The position numbers were made by a program, and so were the translations under genes. The notes under the pieces are model-generated. The model did not search any database. It was not told the origin of the DNA and saw only the letters and a program-made list of their open reading frames with translations. A DNA stretch of 64,000 bases from Trypethelium eluteriae. Its lineage: Eukaryota. How positions within the stretch are numbered: position 1 is the stretch's first letter; the number at the start of each line of letters is the position of its first letter. The stretch covers positions 124,001-188,000 of the forward strand of contig JAVECL010000002.1 of NCBI GenBank assembly GCA_051942245.1, written 5' to 3'. Positions 63,958 to 64,000 of this stretch are shown piece after piece.

Positions 63958-64000
63958 AACCTTGTCCAAATCGCTCCAAATTTTGACAGCTTACAAAGCA

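Noticed and set aside
63991..64000. TTAC at the window end as a possible Starship-type target site
   Set aside because: A 4-mer truncated by the window edge, with no tyrosine recombinase in view; not supportable.

Overview
Eukaryotic, gene-dense window from a filamentous ascomycete (Pezizomycotina-type genes with short GT-AG introns and CTRAC branch points). About 54 kb holds mostly conserved housekeeping genes: TSC2, CSE1, FES1, actin, a SWIM protein, RPN8, PEX16, ClpX, glycogen branching enzyme, RPC82, QCR2, ATP15, MAK10 and eIF2D, plus a P450, a cyclase-family protein, a BTB protein, a thioesterase and an acyl-CoA dehydrogenase. The last ~10 kb looks accessory: an orphan ORF, a pseudogene, a CapA-like metallophosphoesterase, a Gly/His-rich protein, an APH-like kinase with a probable GC-AG intron, and a telomere-like/palindromic repeat patch. 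The most striking item is an intact 3-exon gene (18627-20648) fusing two DNA-binding modules typical of different transposase families (FAR1/WRKY-like zinc finger and CENP-B/Tc5 HTH) to an HD-domain phosphohydrolase. The second is a secreted 12-Cys protein with an aerolysin-like amphipathic beta segment. All family calls come from motif recognition by eye; no database searches were run.
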